Program-made: the position numbers and the translations under genes
From: Anaeromyxobacteraceae bacterium
GTDB taxonomy: Bacteria > Myxococcota > Myxococcia > Myxococcales > Anaeromyxobacteraceae
Reading direction: 5' to 3'
Length of the DNA: 64,000 nucleotides
NCBI GenBank assembly: GCA_032654565.1
Contig: JAULAX010000018.1
Coordinates: forward strand, 160,001-224,000
Shown here: one piece after another, positions 33,817-41,315 of the stretch
Position numbering within the stretch: the first letter of the stretch is position 1
Layout of the letters: every line of letters begins with the position of its first letter
Notes under the pieces: generated by a model
What the model saw: the letters and a program-made list of their open reading frames with translations, nothing else
Databases searched by the model: none
What the model was told of the DNA's origin: nothing

Positions 33817-35025
33817 GTGCTCCGGTCGATCCGCTTCAAGCTCATCGTCCCGCTGGTGGTCGGCCTGGCCCTCATCGCCGTGGCCACCGCGGTGCTGATG
33901 CGGTTCGTCCACCAGCGCGCCGTCGACCAGGCCGCCCTGCACGAGGTGCAGCAGGCGGCCTCGGCGCTGGCCAGCATCGAGGCGGCCGAGGAGGACCGGC
34001 TCTCGGCGCTGCTCGACGTCATCGAGCAGGACGACTCCCTGGTGGAGGCCTTCGCCCGCGGCGACCGGGCGGCGCTGCTGGCCGACGCCGGGCCCATCCT
34101 GCGGCGGCTCCGCGAGGCCCACGGCGTCACCCACTGGTACTTCCACCCGGTCGATCCCGCCGCCGGCATCCTGGTCCGCATCCACCAGCCGGCGCTCTTC
34201 GGCGACGTGGTGAAGCGCCCGTCCTTCCGCCGGGCGGTGGCGACCGGGGCCGAGGCCCGCGGGATCGAGCTGGGGAGGACCGCCTACGCGGTGCGGGTGG
34301 TCAGGCCCTGGCGGTCGAAGGGCCGGCTGCTCGGCTACGTCGAGCTGGGCACCGACATCGACTCCTTCCTGGTCCGGCTGACCCGCCTCGGCGGCGACGA
34401 GTACGGCATGCTGCTCGACAAGCGGCGGCTCGACCGGATCGGCTGGCAGCGGGTCACCGGCAAGCCCGAGCGCTGGGACGAGCGGGCCGAGCTGCTCGAG
34501 GTGGCCAACACCAGCGGCGACCCGTCGCTGCTGGCCGGCCTGGAGCGGATGGCGCAGGTGCCGGCCCAGCCCGCGCTGCTGGGGCGCGAGACCCGCCAGG
34601 GACGGAGCTGGGCGCGCGGGTTCTTCCCGCTCCTCGACAGCGAGGGCAAGACCATCGGCGCGGTGGTGGAGCGCCACGAGATCTCGGCGCTGCTGGCCGG
34701 CGTCGACGAGCTGCGGCTCCAGGTGGTGGTGCTGGTGGTGCTGCTGGCGGTGGCGCTGGCGGCGCTGGTCACCTTCCTGCTGGAGACGCTGGTCTTCGAG
34801 CCGGTGGCGCGGATGACCCGGACGCTCGAGGAGCTGCCGGAGCGGCTGGCGCGGGGGGACTGGCAGGTGGGTGAGGGGCTGGCCCGCTCCGACGACGAGC
34901 TGGGGCGCTTCGAGGCCTTCCTCGACAAGGCCATCGACGCCGTCGGCTCCTTCGTGACCGACGCCCGCCGGGCCCCGGGCCGGCCCCGGAGGCCGGACCA
35001 CCCTGGGGAAGGCCAGGACCGCTGA
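33817..35025 (+). CDS. Membrane sensor protein (TM-Cache-like-TM-HAMP) with no output domain
   Basis: Two hydrophobic helices flank about 260 aa with GIELG and GYVELG motifs. A HAMP-like segment (PVARM...DDELGRF) is followed shortly by the stop. Confidence 0.7.
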   Translation: MLRSIRFKLIVPLVVGLALIAVATAVLMRFVHQRAVDQAALHEVQQAASALASIEAAEEDRLSALLDVIEQDDSLVEAFARGDRAALLADAGPILRRLREAHGVTHWYFHPVDPAAGILVRIHQPALFGDVVKRPSFRRAVATGAEARGIELGRTAYAVRVVRPWRSKGRLLGYVELGTDIDSFLVRLTRLGGDEYGMLLDKRRLDRIGWQRVTGKPERWDERAELLEVANTSGDPSLLAGLERMAQVPAQPALLGRETRQGRSWARGFFPLLDSEGKTIGAVVERHEISALLAGVDELRLQVVVLVVLLAVALAALVTFLLETLVFEPVARMTRTLEELPERLARGDWQVGEGLARSDDELGRFEAFLDKAIDAVGSFVTDARRAPGRPRRPDHPGEGQDR

Positions 35026-35193
35026 ACCGGCGGGGGCTGCCGGTCCGGAGGGGCCGGGTCGTGCCCGCCGCCGTCGGCGAAGCCGCGCGATCCCGCCTCC
35101 CCCGGCCGACGGCCCCGCTCCGGGGCGCCTCCGATTTCCCGGGACGGGGTAGGATCGTACCGCCAGCGAAGTTCACGCCCCAGGGAGGTCGCC

Positions 35194-35646
35194 ATGCCGA
35201 GCGCCGAGTGGAAGAGGATCCTCTGCCCCATCGACTTCTCCGACGCCTCGCGCGCGGCGCTGGAGACGGCCGCCGACCTGGCCAAGCGGTACGGCGCCAT
35301 GGTGGCGCTCTTCCACGCCTACCCGGTGCCCGGCTACACCTTCCCGGACGGCTCCTTCGTCGCCTCCAGCAAGATGCTCGAGGAGCTCTCCGATCAGGCC
35401 AACCAGCACCTGCAGGAGTGGAAGGCGCTGGCCGAAGGGATGGGGATCACCCACGTCGAGACCGCCAGCGCCATCGGCGAGCCGGCCCACGAGATCCTGA
35501 CCTTCGCCAAGGCGCAGCGGGCCGACCTGGTGGTGATCGGCACCCATGGCCGGACCGGCCTGCAGCACGCCTTGATGGGGTCGGTGGCGGAGCGGGTGGT
35601 GCGCCGGTCCACCTGCCCGGTGCTGACGGTCCGGCCCCCGGGCTGA
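35194..35646 (+). CDS. Universal stress protein
   Basis: ILCPIDFS and GTHGRTG...MGSVAERVVR...CPVLTV motifs. Confidence 0.93.
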   Translation: MPSAEWKRILCPIDFSDASRAALETAADLAKRYGAMVALFHAYPVPGYTFPDGSFVASSKMLEELSDQANQHLQEWKALAEGMGITHVETASAIGEPAHEILTFAKAQRADLVVIGTHGRTGLQHALMGSVAERVVRRSTCPVLTVRPPG

Positions 35647-35820
35647 GGGGGCGGTCCGGTCCCGGGGCCCATCTCCAGGGACGCTGGCCGGTCTGCGGCC
35701 GGTCGAAGGGCGTGGCGAACCCGGCCCGCTTGCGCTAGACCCGTCGAGGGGCCTCCGTCCGCCCCGCCTTCCTGTAGCCTGCACCGCTGACCTTCGCTTC
35801 GACCTCCGAGGAGGCATCAC

Positions 35821-36807
35821 ATGGCCGACCTGACCACCGAGTACCTTGGGCTCCAGCTGCCGAGCCCGCTCATCCTCGCCTCCTCCGCGCTCTCCAACCG
35901 GATCGAGAACCTCGAGGCGGCCGAGGGGCACGGGGCCGGCGCCGTGGTGCTCCGCTCGCTCTTCGAGGAGCAGATCGAGGCCACCAACACCGTGCTGGAG
36001 GAGGCGGCCTCCAAGTTCGCCGACTCCAACCCGGAGGCCCGCACCTACTTCCCGCCGCAGCGGGTCGGGCCGCACGAGTACCTGTCGCTGGTGCAGCGGG
36101 CCAAGAAGTCGCTGGGCATCCCGGTCATCGCCAGCCTCAACTGCTGCGCCCCGGGGAGCTGGACCGGCTACGCCCGCCAGATCGCCGAGGCCGGCGCCGA
36201 CGCCCTGGAGGTGAACGTCTACGCGGTGGAGGCCGATCCCTCGCTGCCCGGCTCCGAGGTGGAGCGGCGCTACGTGGAGGCGGTGGCCGGCATCAAGGCG
36301 GCGGTGAAGATCCCGGTGGCGGTGAAGCTCTCTCCCTACTTCACCTCGCTGGCCAACGTGGTGGCCCAGCTGCAGCAGACCGGGGTGGCCGGGGTGGTGC
36401 TCTTCAACCGCTTCATGCAGCCGGACATCTCGCTGGAGCGGATGGCCCCGCAGAGCACCATGAGCCTCTCCACCACCGCCGAGGCGCTGGTGCCGCTGCG
36501 CTGGATCGGGCTGCTCCACGGCCGGGTCCAGCTCGACCTGGCCGCCTCCACCGGCGTGCACGACTCGGCCGGGGCGGTGAAGCAGCTGCTGGCCGGCGCC
36601 ACCGTGGTCCAGCTGGCCTCGACGCTGGCGCGCAACGGGGTGCCCTACCTCGGCAAGGTCCGGCAGGGGATCGAGGAGTGGATGGAGAAGCGCGGCCACT
36701 CCACCATCGACGAGTTCCGCGGCACCCTCTCGCAGAAGCAGATCAGCGACCCCGGGGCCTTCGAGCGGGCCCAGTACGTCCACCTGATCCTCTCGCAGAA
36801 CATCTAG
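35821..36807 (+). CDS. Dihydroorotate dehydrogenase-like FMN protein
   Basis: DLTTEYLGL, SLFEEQI, VKLSPYF and LFNRF motifs; lacks the NxSCPN catalytic loop. Confidence 0.85.
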   Translation: MADLTTEYLGLQLPSPLILASSALSNRIENLEAAEGHGAGAVVLRSLFEEQIEATNTVLEEAASKFADSNPEARTYFPPQRVGPHEYLSLVQRAKKSLGIPVIASLNCCAPGSWTGYARQIAEAGADALEVNVYAVEADPSLPGSEVERRYVEAVAGIKAAVKIPVAVKLSPYFTSLANVVAQLQQTGVAGVVLFNRFMQPDISLERMAPQSTMSLSTTAEALVPLRWIGLLHGRVQLDLAASTGVHDSAGAVKQLLAGATVVQLASTLARNGVPYLGKVRQGIEEWMEKRGHSTIDEFRGTLSQKQISDPGAFERAQYVHLILSQNI

Positions 36808-36857
36808 GCCACGCCGACTCCTCGGCGGGGCCCCAAACGGGACGTGCGCTGGGCCAG

Positions 36858-36877
36858 TTGAGACAAGATATCACCAA
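36858..36877 (+). promoter_or_regulatory. Possible Fur/PerR-family operator upstream of rubrerythrin
   Basis: TGAGACAAGATATCA (36859-36873) matches 9 of 14 positions of the 7-1-7 TGATAATnATTATCA consensus and is an AT-rich island. Confidence 0.4.
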
Positions 36878-36913
36878 GACACCAGGAACCCACCCACCAC
36901 GGAAGGGAAGCAC

Positions 36914-37333
36914 ATGGCCAACCTGAAGGGCAGCAAGACCCACCAGAACCTGAAGGACGCCTTCGCCGGCGAGTCGCAGGCCAACCGCCGCTACCTCTAC
37001 TTCGCAAAGGTCGCCGACGTGGAGGGCTACCCGGAGGTGGCCTCCAACTTCCGCGAGACCGCCGAGGGGGAGACCGGCCACGCCCACGGCCACCTCGACT
37101 TCATCAAGGAGGTGGGCGACCCGGCCACCGGCCTGCCGCTCGGCGACACCGCCACCAACCTCAAGGCCTCCATCGCCGGCGAGACCCACGAGTACACCGA
37201 CATGTACCCGGGCATGGCCAAGACGGCGCGCGACGAGGGCTTCAAGGAGGTCGCCGACTGGTTCGAGACGCTGGCCAAGGCGGAGAAGTCGCACGCCGGC
37301 CGCTTCGACAAGATGCTCAAGACCATCAGCTAG
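36914..37333 (+). CDS. Short rubrerythrin without a rubredoxin domain
   Basis: [27 protein letters not shown] and EKSH diiron motifs. Confidence 0.93.
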   Translation: MANLKGSKTHQNLKDAFAGESQANRRYLYFAKVADVEGYPEVASNFRETAEGETGHAHGHLDFIKEVGDPATGLPLGDTATNLKASIAGETHEYTDMYPGMAKTARDEGFKEVADWFETLAKAEKSHAGRFDKMLKTIS

Positions 37334-37353
37334 GTGAACGCGGCGCGGTCCAG

Positions 37354-37389
37354 GGGAGCCCGGCGTCCTTCTCGGGGCGGCGGGCTTCC
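37354..37389 (+). terminator. GC-rich stem-loop after rubrerythrin (attenuating terminator or stabiliser)
   Basis: GGGAGCCCG (37354-37362) pairs with CGGGCTTCC (37381-37389); only a weak pyrimidine tail follows. Confidence 0.4.
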
Positions 37390-37431
37390 TCGTCTCTGGT
37401 GCCGGCCACCATCCCGGGAGAGAGTGAGCCC

Positions 37432-38790
37432 ATGAGCGACGACTCCAAGAGCATCTCCGTCCAGCCGACCGCCGGCCTCTCCTACGACCCGAGCGAACCG
37501 GTCTACTGGCAGCCCGAGGCGCTGGCCGGCGAGGTCCACCGCGCCTTCGAGATCTGCCACGGCTGTCGCATGTGCTTCAAGTACTGCGACAGCTTCCCGC
37601 TGCTCTTCAAGGCCATCGACGACCGCCACGACGGCGACGTCCGCAAGGTGACCCCCGCCGAGGAGCAGGCGGTGATGGACGCCTGCTTCCAGTGCAAGCT
37701 CTGCGAGGTGCAGTGCCCTTACACGCCGCGTGACAAGCACGAGTTCCAGCTCGACTTCCCCAAGCTGGTGCACCGCTGGCGCGGGGTGAAGCGGCGCGGG
37801 CAGGGGAAGACCCTGCGGATGCGGGTGCTCAACGATCCCGACGGCGCCGCCGCCATGGCCCGGGCCAGCCTGGGCATGGCCAACGTCATGAACCGGGTGC
37901 GGCCGTTCCGGGTGCTGCTGGAGAAGACGGTGGGCGTCCACCGCGACAAGCTGCTGCCGGACTTCGCCGCCGAGCCCTTCGACCGCTGGGCCCGCAAGCA
38001 GGGGCTGGTGCAGGCCGAGCCGGGCGGCGAGGCGGTGCTCTTCCAGACCTGCTTCGTGCAGCACAACGAGCCGCAGCTGGGGAAGGACGCCCTCTTCGTC
38101 CTCAAGCAGAACGGCGTCGACGCCCGGGTGGTGCCGGGGCTGCGCTGCTGCGGGATGCCGGCCTGGGAGCAGGGGGACCTGGACTCCTTGCGGGCCCAGG
38201 CCACCCACGACCTCGACCTGCTCATGCCCTTCGTGGAGCGCGGGGCCAAGGTGCTGGTGATCAACCCCACCTGCTCGATGATGATGCGGCGCGAGTGGCC
38301 CCACCTGCTGGAGGGCGAGGACCGGGCCCGGGCCGAGCGGCTGGCGCCGGCGGTGATGGACGTGTCGGAGTTCCTCTGGTCGATCCGCGACCAGCCGCGC
38401 TTCAGCACCGACTTCAAGAGCACGCCCCCGGGCGGCCGGGTGGCCTACCACGCCCCCTGCCACCTGCGGGCGCAGGGGGTGGGGTTCAAGGGGCGCGACC
38501 TGCTCAGGAAGATCCCCGGGGTGACGGTGTCGGGCACGGTGATGGAGTGCTGCGGCCACGACGGCACCTACGCCATGACCGTGGAGGGGTTCGAGCCCTC
38601 GGCCCGGCTCGGCAAGAAGGCCTTCGACGGCATGGCCGCGGCCACCGCCGAGACCTGGGCCACCGACTGCCCGCTGGCCGCCCTCCAGTTCCAGCAGCAC
38701 GCCGGCAAGAAGCCGCTCCACCCGGTGACGCTGCTGGCCCGCGCCTACCGGGGCGAGGGGTTCGAGCCGGGCCAGGGAGGTGGCGCGTGA
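37432..38790 (+). CDS. Fe-S oxidoreductase, GlpC/HdrD-like, rubrerythrin-associated
   Basis: CHGCRMC and CFQCKLC...CP clusters plus two CCG domains. Confidence 0.88.
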   Translation: MSDDSKSISVQPTAGLSYDPSEPVYWQPEALAGEVHRAFEICHGCRMCFKYCDSFPLLFKAIDDRHDGDVRKVTPAEEQAVMDACFQCKLCEVQCPYTPRDKHEFQLDFPKLVHRWRGVKRRGQGKTLRMRVLNDPDGAAAMARASLGMANVMNRVRPFRVLLEKTVGVHRDKLLPDFAAEPFDRWARKQGLVQAEPGGEAVLFQTCFVQHNEPQLGKDALFVLKQNGVDARVVPGLRCCGMPAWEQGDLDSLRAQATHDLDLLMPFVERGAKVLVINPTCSMMMRREWPHLLEGEDRARAERLAPAVMDVSEFLWSIRDQPRFSTDFKSTPPGGRVAYHAPCHLRAQGVGFKGRDLLRKIPGVTVSGTVMECCGHDGTYAMTVEGFEPSARLGKKAFDGMAAATAETWATDCPLAALQFQQHAGKKPLHPVTLLARAYRGEGFEPGQGGGA

Positions 38791-39347
38791 GGCCGGTCCG
38801 TCGCGAGGAGATCATGCCGCTCCCGGCCTACGAGCGGTCGCGGGCCGAGCTCCGGGCGGCCATCATCGAGGCCAAGGAGCGGCGGCGGGTCACCGTGGCC
38901 GGCGCGCTCACCTTCCTGTTCGAGAACACCGCCACCATCCGCTACCAGGTGCAGGAGATGGTGCGGGCCGAGAAGATGACCGGCGAGCCGGAGATCCTGC
39001 ACGAGCTGGAGACCTACAACGAGGTGCTGGGCGGGCCGGGCGAGCTGGGGGCGGTGCTGCTCATCGAGCTCACCGACCCGGCCGAGCGGGACCGCAAGCT
39101 GCGCGAGTGGCTCGGCCTGCTGCCGCATCTCTACGCCCGGCTGGAGGACGGCCGGCGGGTGCGGCCGCGCTACGACCCGCGGCAGGTGGGGGAGGACCGG
39201 CTCTCCTCGGTGCAGTACCTCAAGTTCGACGTGGGCGGCGCCGCGCCGGTGGCCCTGGGCGCCGACCTGCCGGCGCTGACCGCCGAGACGGTGCTGACCG
39301 CGGCGCAGCGGGCGGCGCTCCTCGAGGACCTGGGGCAGGGGGGCTGA
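38787..39347 (+). CDS. DUF3501-family protein
   Basis: LFEN...IRYQVQEMVRAE and SSVQYLKF; third gene of the rubrerythrin cluster. Confidence 0.85.
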   Translation: MRPVRREEIMPLPAYERSRAELRAAIIEAKERRRVTVAGALTFLFENTATIRYQVQEMVRAEKMTGEPEILHELETYNEVLGGPGELGAVLLIELTDPAERDRKLREWLGLLPHLYARLEDGRRVRPRYDPRQVGEDRLSSVQYLKFDVGGAAPVALGADLPALTAETVLTAAQRAALLEDLGQGG

Positions 39348-39469
39348 GCTCCCGTCAGGTCCGTGATGCGGCGCCGCCGGCCACCGCCGGGACGAGCGGA
39401 CCCCCGGCACCGGCTGGCGACCGCGTCGCGTCGGCCTGGCGGGCCCCGCTTGGGGTGTCTCACGGGGAT

Positions 39470-39497
39470 GGAAATAGGCGCGGCCTGATCCCGTAGA
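39470..39497 (+). promoter_or_regulatory. Putative ECF-sigma promoter
   Basis: GGAAAT-N16-CGTAGA, ending 20 nt before the small ORF. Confidence 0.45.
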
Positions 39498-39517
39498 GCA
39501 GGGCATCAGGAGGTCAC

Positions 39518-39691
39518 ATGAAGCCCCTCATCCTCGTCGCCGCCGTCGCCGCCTTCGAATTCGCCTTCCTCGCCAGCATCGCCACGCCGCCCTCGGCGGC
39601 CGAGCAGGTCTCCGCGGCCCGGAGCCAGCCGGCCAGCCGGCAGCTGGCGCAGGGGTCCGGCGCCCCCGTCCCCTGCGCGCCTCCGGGCTAG
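39518..39691 (+). CDS. 57-aa small protein with a signal or TM segment (absent from the ORF track)
   Basis: AGGAGGT RBS, ATG start, GC3-rich codons: MKPLILVAAVAAFEFAFLASIATPPSAAEQVSAARSQPASRQLAQGSGAPVPCAPPG. Confidence 0.7.
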   Translation: MKPLILVAAVAAFEFAFLASIATPPSAAEQVSAARSQPASRQLAQGSGAPVPCAPPG

Positions 39692-39735
39692 CCTGGTGTG
39701 GTGCCGCTCCCACCGCGGTCGAATAGACTGAGGTG

Positions 39736-40449
39736 GTGACGCTCTTCCGGCTCCCGCGCGAGGTCGCCTTCCCGGACCCGGGCCTGGCCGAGCCGGACGG
39801 GCTGCTGGCGGTGGGCGGGGACCTCCTCCCGGAGCGGCTGCTGGCGGCCTACGCCGCCGGGATCTTCCCCTGGTACGGGCCGGACTCGCCCATCCTCTGG
39901 TGGTCCCCAGATCCCAGGCTGGTGCTGGAGCCGGGCCGCCTGCACGTCCCCCGCTCGCTGGCCCGGACCCGCCGACGAGCCCCCTACCGGATCACCACCG
40001 ACCTGGCCTTCCGGCGGGTCATCCGGGCCTGCTCGGAGATCGGCCGGCCCGGCCAGCCGGGGACCTGGATCACCCCGGCCATGCTCCGCGCCTACGTGCA
40101 GCTCCACGAGCTCGGCTTCGCCCACTCCTTCGAGGCCTGGGAGGGCGAGGCGCTGGTGGGGGGGCTCTACGGCGTCTCCCTGGGCGCCGCCTTCTTCGGG
40201 GAGTCGATGTTCGCGGCGCGGCCGGATGCCTCCAAGCTGGCCTTCGTGGAGAGCGTCGAGTGGCTGGCGGGGCAGGGGGTCGGCCTCGTCGACTGCCAGG
40301 TGCGGACCGAGCACCTGGCCCGCTTCGGCGCCGAGGACTGGCCGCGGGCGCGGTTCCTCGCGGCGCTGGCGGCGGCGCTGGAGCAGCCGACGCGGCGGGG
40401 GCGGTGGACCATGGCCGGACAGCCGGGCTCACCTCCCGTCCCAGAGTAG
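39736..40449 (+). CDS. aat: Leucyl/phenylalanyl-tRNA--protein transferase
   Basis: GLLAVGGDL, GIFPW, WWSPDPR, GGLYGV, FFGESMF and DCQ motifs. Confidence 0.95.
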   Translation: MTLFRLPREVAFPDPGLAEPDGLLAVGGDLLPERLLAAYAAGIFPWYGPDSPILWWSPDPRLVLEPGRLHVPRSLARTRRRAPYRITTDLAFRRVIRACSEIGRPGQPGTWITPAMLRAYVQLHELGFAHSFEAWEGEALVGGLYGVSLGAAFFGESMFAARPDASKLAFVESVEWLAGQGVGLVDCQVRTEHLARFGAEDWPRARFLAALAAALEQPTRRGRWTMAGQPGSPPVPE

Positions 40450-40582
40450 TTGAGGCGACTCCTCCAACGGGGGACCGACTCCGTCCCAGAGTAATTGGGC
40501 TGGGCACCCCAAAGAGGGTTCAAACCAGGGGCCACCCCGGGAAACTACTGGGTTGTACCCATCCGGGACCTTTCGCTTCGGA

Positions 40583-40596
40583 TTGATTCAGATCAA
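40583..40596. promoter_or_regulatory. FNR/CRP-family binding site
   Basis: TTGAT-TCAG-ATCAA is a perfect TTGAT-N4-ATCAA match, 68 nt upstream of actA. Confidence 0.8.
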
Positions 40597-40664
40597 TTTA
40601 CAACCCGAAGCGGGCCCCACGACGCGCGCGGTTTTGGCGGACAGTCCGGGGCCGGCGACGCCAC

Positions 40665-41315
40665 ATGAGCGCACTCTTCTCGCCGAGATCCGACGCCCTC
40701 CTCAAGCTCGTCCTGGGACTGCTGGTCGGCGGTGCCGTCGCCACCATCGGCGGCCTCCTGCTCTACGTCCGCACGCCCTACGGGGTGAGCCAGGCCGAGC
40801 AGCTGGTGCAGCCGGTGCAGTTCGACCACCGGCACCACACCCAGGACGATCTCATCGACTGCAGGTACTGCCACACCACGGCGGAGAAGGCGCCCAGCGC
40901 CGGCATCCCGCCCACCGAGACCTGCCTCGCCTGCCACGCCCAGGTCTGGAACAAGAGCCCGCTGCTCGACCAGGTGCGCGCCAGCTGGTTCACCGGCAAG
41001 GCCATCCCCTGGACCCGGGTCCACAAGCTCCCCGACTTCGTCTACTTCAACCACGCCATCCACGTGAACAAGGGGATCGGCTGCGCCACCTGCCACGGGC
41101 GCGTCGACCAGATGGCCTCCATCGAGCAGGCCCAGCCGCTCAGCATGGGCTGGTGCATCACCTGCCACCAGGACCCGGCGCCCAACCTGCGCCCCCTCGA
41201 CCAGATCACCAACATGAAGTGGCAGCCGCCGGCCAACCAGGCCGAGGTCGGGCCGAAGCTGGCCAAGCAGTACGACGTCCGCGCGAGAGTGAGTTGCACC
41301 ACATGCCATCGCTAG
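40665..41315 (+). CDS. actA: Alternative complex III pentaheme cytochrome c
   Basis: N-terminal TM and five CxxCH motifs (CRYCH, CLACH, CATCH, CITCH, CTTCH). Confidence 0.92.
   Translation: MSALFSPRSDALLKLVLGLLVGGAVATIGGLLLYVRTPYGVSQAEQLVQPVQFDHRHHTQDDLIDCRYCHTTAEKAPSAGIPPTETCLACHAQVWNKSPLLDQVRASWFTGKAIPWTRVHKLPDFVYFNHAIHVNKGIGCATCHGRVDQMASIEQAQPLSMGWCITCHQDPAPNLRPLDQITNMKWQPPANQAEVGPKLAKQYDVRARVSCTTCHR

Noticed and set aside
35644..35646. TGA stops as selenocysteine codons (considered because such taxa encode selenoproteins)
   Set aside because: TGA-terminated genes in the window end at their expected family C-termini, with no Cys-equivalent position or downstream continuation evident.
39350..39380. 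TCAGGTCCG as SRP RNA
   Set aside because: Lacks the following GAAGGAAGCAG domain IV sequence and a long enclosing stem.
40553..41302. N-terminal extension of the 1239-aa ORF (actA-actB fusion or frameshift)
   Set aside because: The extension is shadow sequence over actA. ActB has its own ATG at 41303 followed by a Tat motif.
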